36,152 bases of DNA from an uncultured bacterium (GTDB lineage Bacteria; Bacteroidota; Bacteroidia; NS11-12g; UBA9320): positions 1 to 36,152 of the forward strand of contig CBDUMX010000001.1 in the NCBI GenBank assembly GCA_965368435.1, in the 5' to 3' direction. Made by a program: the position numbers and the translations under genes. How positions within the stretch are numbered: position 1 is the first letter of the stretch; each line of letters begins with the position of its first letter. Under the pieces are notes generated by a model that worked only from the letters and a program-made list of their open reading frames with translations, had not been told where the DNA came from and did no database searches. This document shows, piece after piece, positions 35,108-36,152 of the stretch.

Positions 35108-36152
35108 GCTTCTGCCGCAACTTCTTTATCTTCTCCTTTGTCGGATGTTGCCTCAGGCACGCCATTTACAGCATCACTGATTTTGAGCTCCAACTCTTCC
35201 ATCAACTCTATGTTGTCCAGTAACAAATTCTTTACTGAGTCTCTTCCCTGTCCCAGCTTTGTTCCGTCATAACTAAACCAACTCCCGCTCTTTTGAATGA
35301 TGTTATTTTCAACACCTAAATCAACTATCTCTCCTACTTTAGATATGCCTTGACCATACATTATGTCAAACTCGACAACTCTAAACGGTGGTGCCACTTT
35401 ATTCTTAGCAACTTTCACTTTTACCCTATTCCCCACGATATCTATGCCATCCTTTATACTTCCAATTCTTCTAATGTCTAAACGAACTGAAGAATAAAAC
35501 TTTAAGGCATTTCCACCAGTTGTGGTTTCAGGATTCCCAAACATTACCCCTATTTTCTCACGCAATTGATTGATAAATATGCAAATACAACCTGTCTTGT
35601 TTATAGTTCCGGTGAGCTTTCTAAGTGCTTGCGACATTAATCTCGCTTGTAAGCCCATTTTAGAATCTCCCATATCTCCCTCAATCTCAGCTCTCGGAAC
35701 CAAAGCAGCCACAGAATCTATTACAATCACATCTATAGCTCCAGAACGAATTAAATTGTCCGCTATTTCCAATGCTTGTTCTCCATCATCTGGTTGAGAA
35801 ATCAATAATTCATTGGTATCAATGCCAATCTTTTCTGCATAGAATTTATCAAAAGCATGCTCAGCATCCACAAATGCACATATTCCCCCTTTTCTTTGCG
35901 CTTCTGCTATGCAATGCATAGCTAATGTTGTCTTACCCGAAGCCTCAGGTCCATAAATTTCAACTACTCTCCCCTTTGGAAACCCTCCAACACCTAAAGC
36001 AATATCCAATCCCAATGAGCCAGTAGAAACAGAATCCACCTTCACTACTGAATCGTCATCCATTTTCATCACTACCCCTTTCCCATACGACTTTTCTAAT
36101 TTATCTATGGTCAGCTTTAAAGCTTTTAACTTTTCTGTATTTTCTGATTTTG
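35104..36152 (-). CDS. recA: Recombinase RecA (5' end runs off the right edge of the window)
   Basis: Walker [27 protein letters not shown]1/L2 loop blocks. The frame stays open upstream of the ORF-track Met, reading ...[29 protein letters not shown], which is the canonical RecA N-terminus. Confidence 0.95.
   Translation of the reverse strand, partial: KSENTEKLKALKLTIDKLEKSYGKGVVMKMDDDSVVKVDSVSTGSLGLDIALGVGGFPKGRVVEIYGPEASGKTTLAMHCIAEAQRKGGICAFVDAEHAFDKFYAEKIGIDTNELLISQPDDGEQALEIADNLIRSGAIDVIVIDSVAALVPRAEIEGDMGDSKMGLQARLMSQALRKLTGTINKTGCICIFINQLREKIGVMFGNPETTTGGNALKFYSSVRLDIRRIGSIKDGIDIVGNRVKVKVAKNKVAPPFRVVEFDIMYGQGISKVGEIVDLGVENNIIQKSGSWFSYDGTKLGQGRDSVKNLLLDNIELMEELELKISDAVNGVPEATSDKGEDKEVAAEA

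Noticed and set aside
36070-36072. ORF-track Met as the RecA start
   Set aside because: The frame stays open to the window edge, and the upstream residues ([25 protein letters not shown]) are the conserved RecA N-terminal helix. The gene is truncated by the window.

Overview
AT-rich, very tightly packed chromosomal segment that reads like core genome of a Bacteroidota (Flavobacteriia-like) bacterium. Three proteins end in type IX secretion (T9SS) C-terminal sorting domains. Bacteroidetes-type TAnnTTTG -7 boxes sit a few nt to ~30 nt upstream of several start codons, and leaders are short with no obvious Shine-Dalgarno sequence. I count about 38 protein-coding genes. By eye I see no rRNA, tRNA, CRISPR array, transposase, integrase or long nucleotide repeat. 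Contents from left to right: parA fragment, a UPF0173 hydrolase, an orphan family-5 solute-binding lipoprotein, a 1012-aa MAM/Ig-repeat/PKD T9SS adhesin, a DUF5606 protein, kdsA, a small T9SS cargo, an alpha/beta hydrolase lipoprotein, fabI plus a SULT-type sulfotransferase, a BNR/Asp-box beta-propeller T9SS cargo coupled to folB, then a long co-directional run (glutaryl-CoA dehydrogenase, an unknown lipoprotein, a phosphohexomutase, DUF2279, DUF1801/YdeI and a small membrane protein), followed by a DEAD-box helicase, an exported caspase-family protein, dapD and a GT4 glycosyltransferase. The largest coherent unit is a complete A-type cytochrome c oxidase operon at 24480-33038 (CoxII with a cytochrome c domain, CoxI, CtaA, CtaB, two subunit III paralogs, subunit IV, SCO1, DUF420). 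It is followed by tightly coupled uncharacterised genes (FkbM methyltransferase, a 74-aa CxxC membrane protein, DUF983). The window ends with a TetR regulator and a recA that runs off the right edge. I do not see a clear defence island or mobile element. The best candidates for undescribed biology are the signal-peptide-bearing tandem pseudo-caspase/caspase protein, the uncharacterised tail of the oxidase operon, the unusual CoxII architecture together with a perfect palindrome on its start codon, and a start-codon-sequestering hairpin with a uORF ahead of the DEAD-box helicase. All functional calls rest on motifs read by eye in the translations. No database search was run.
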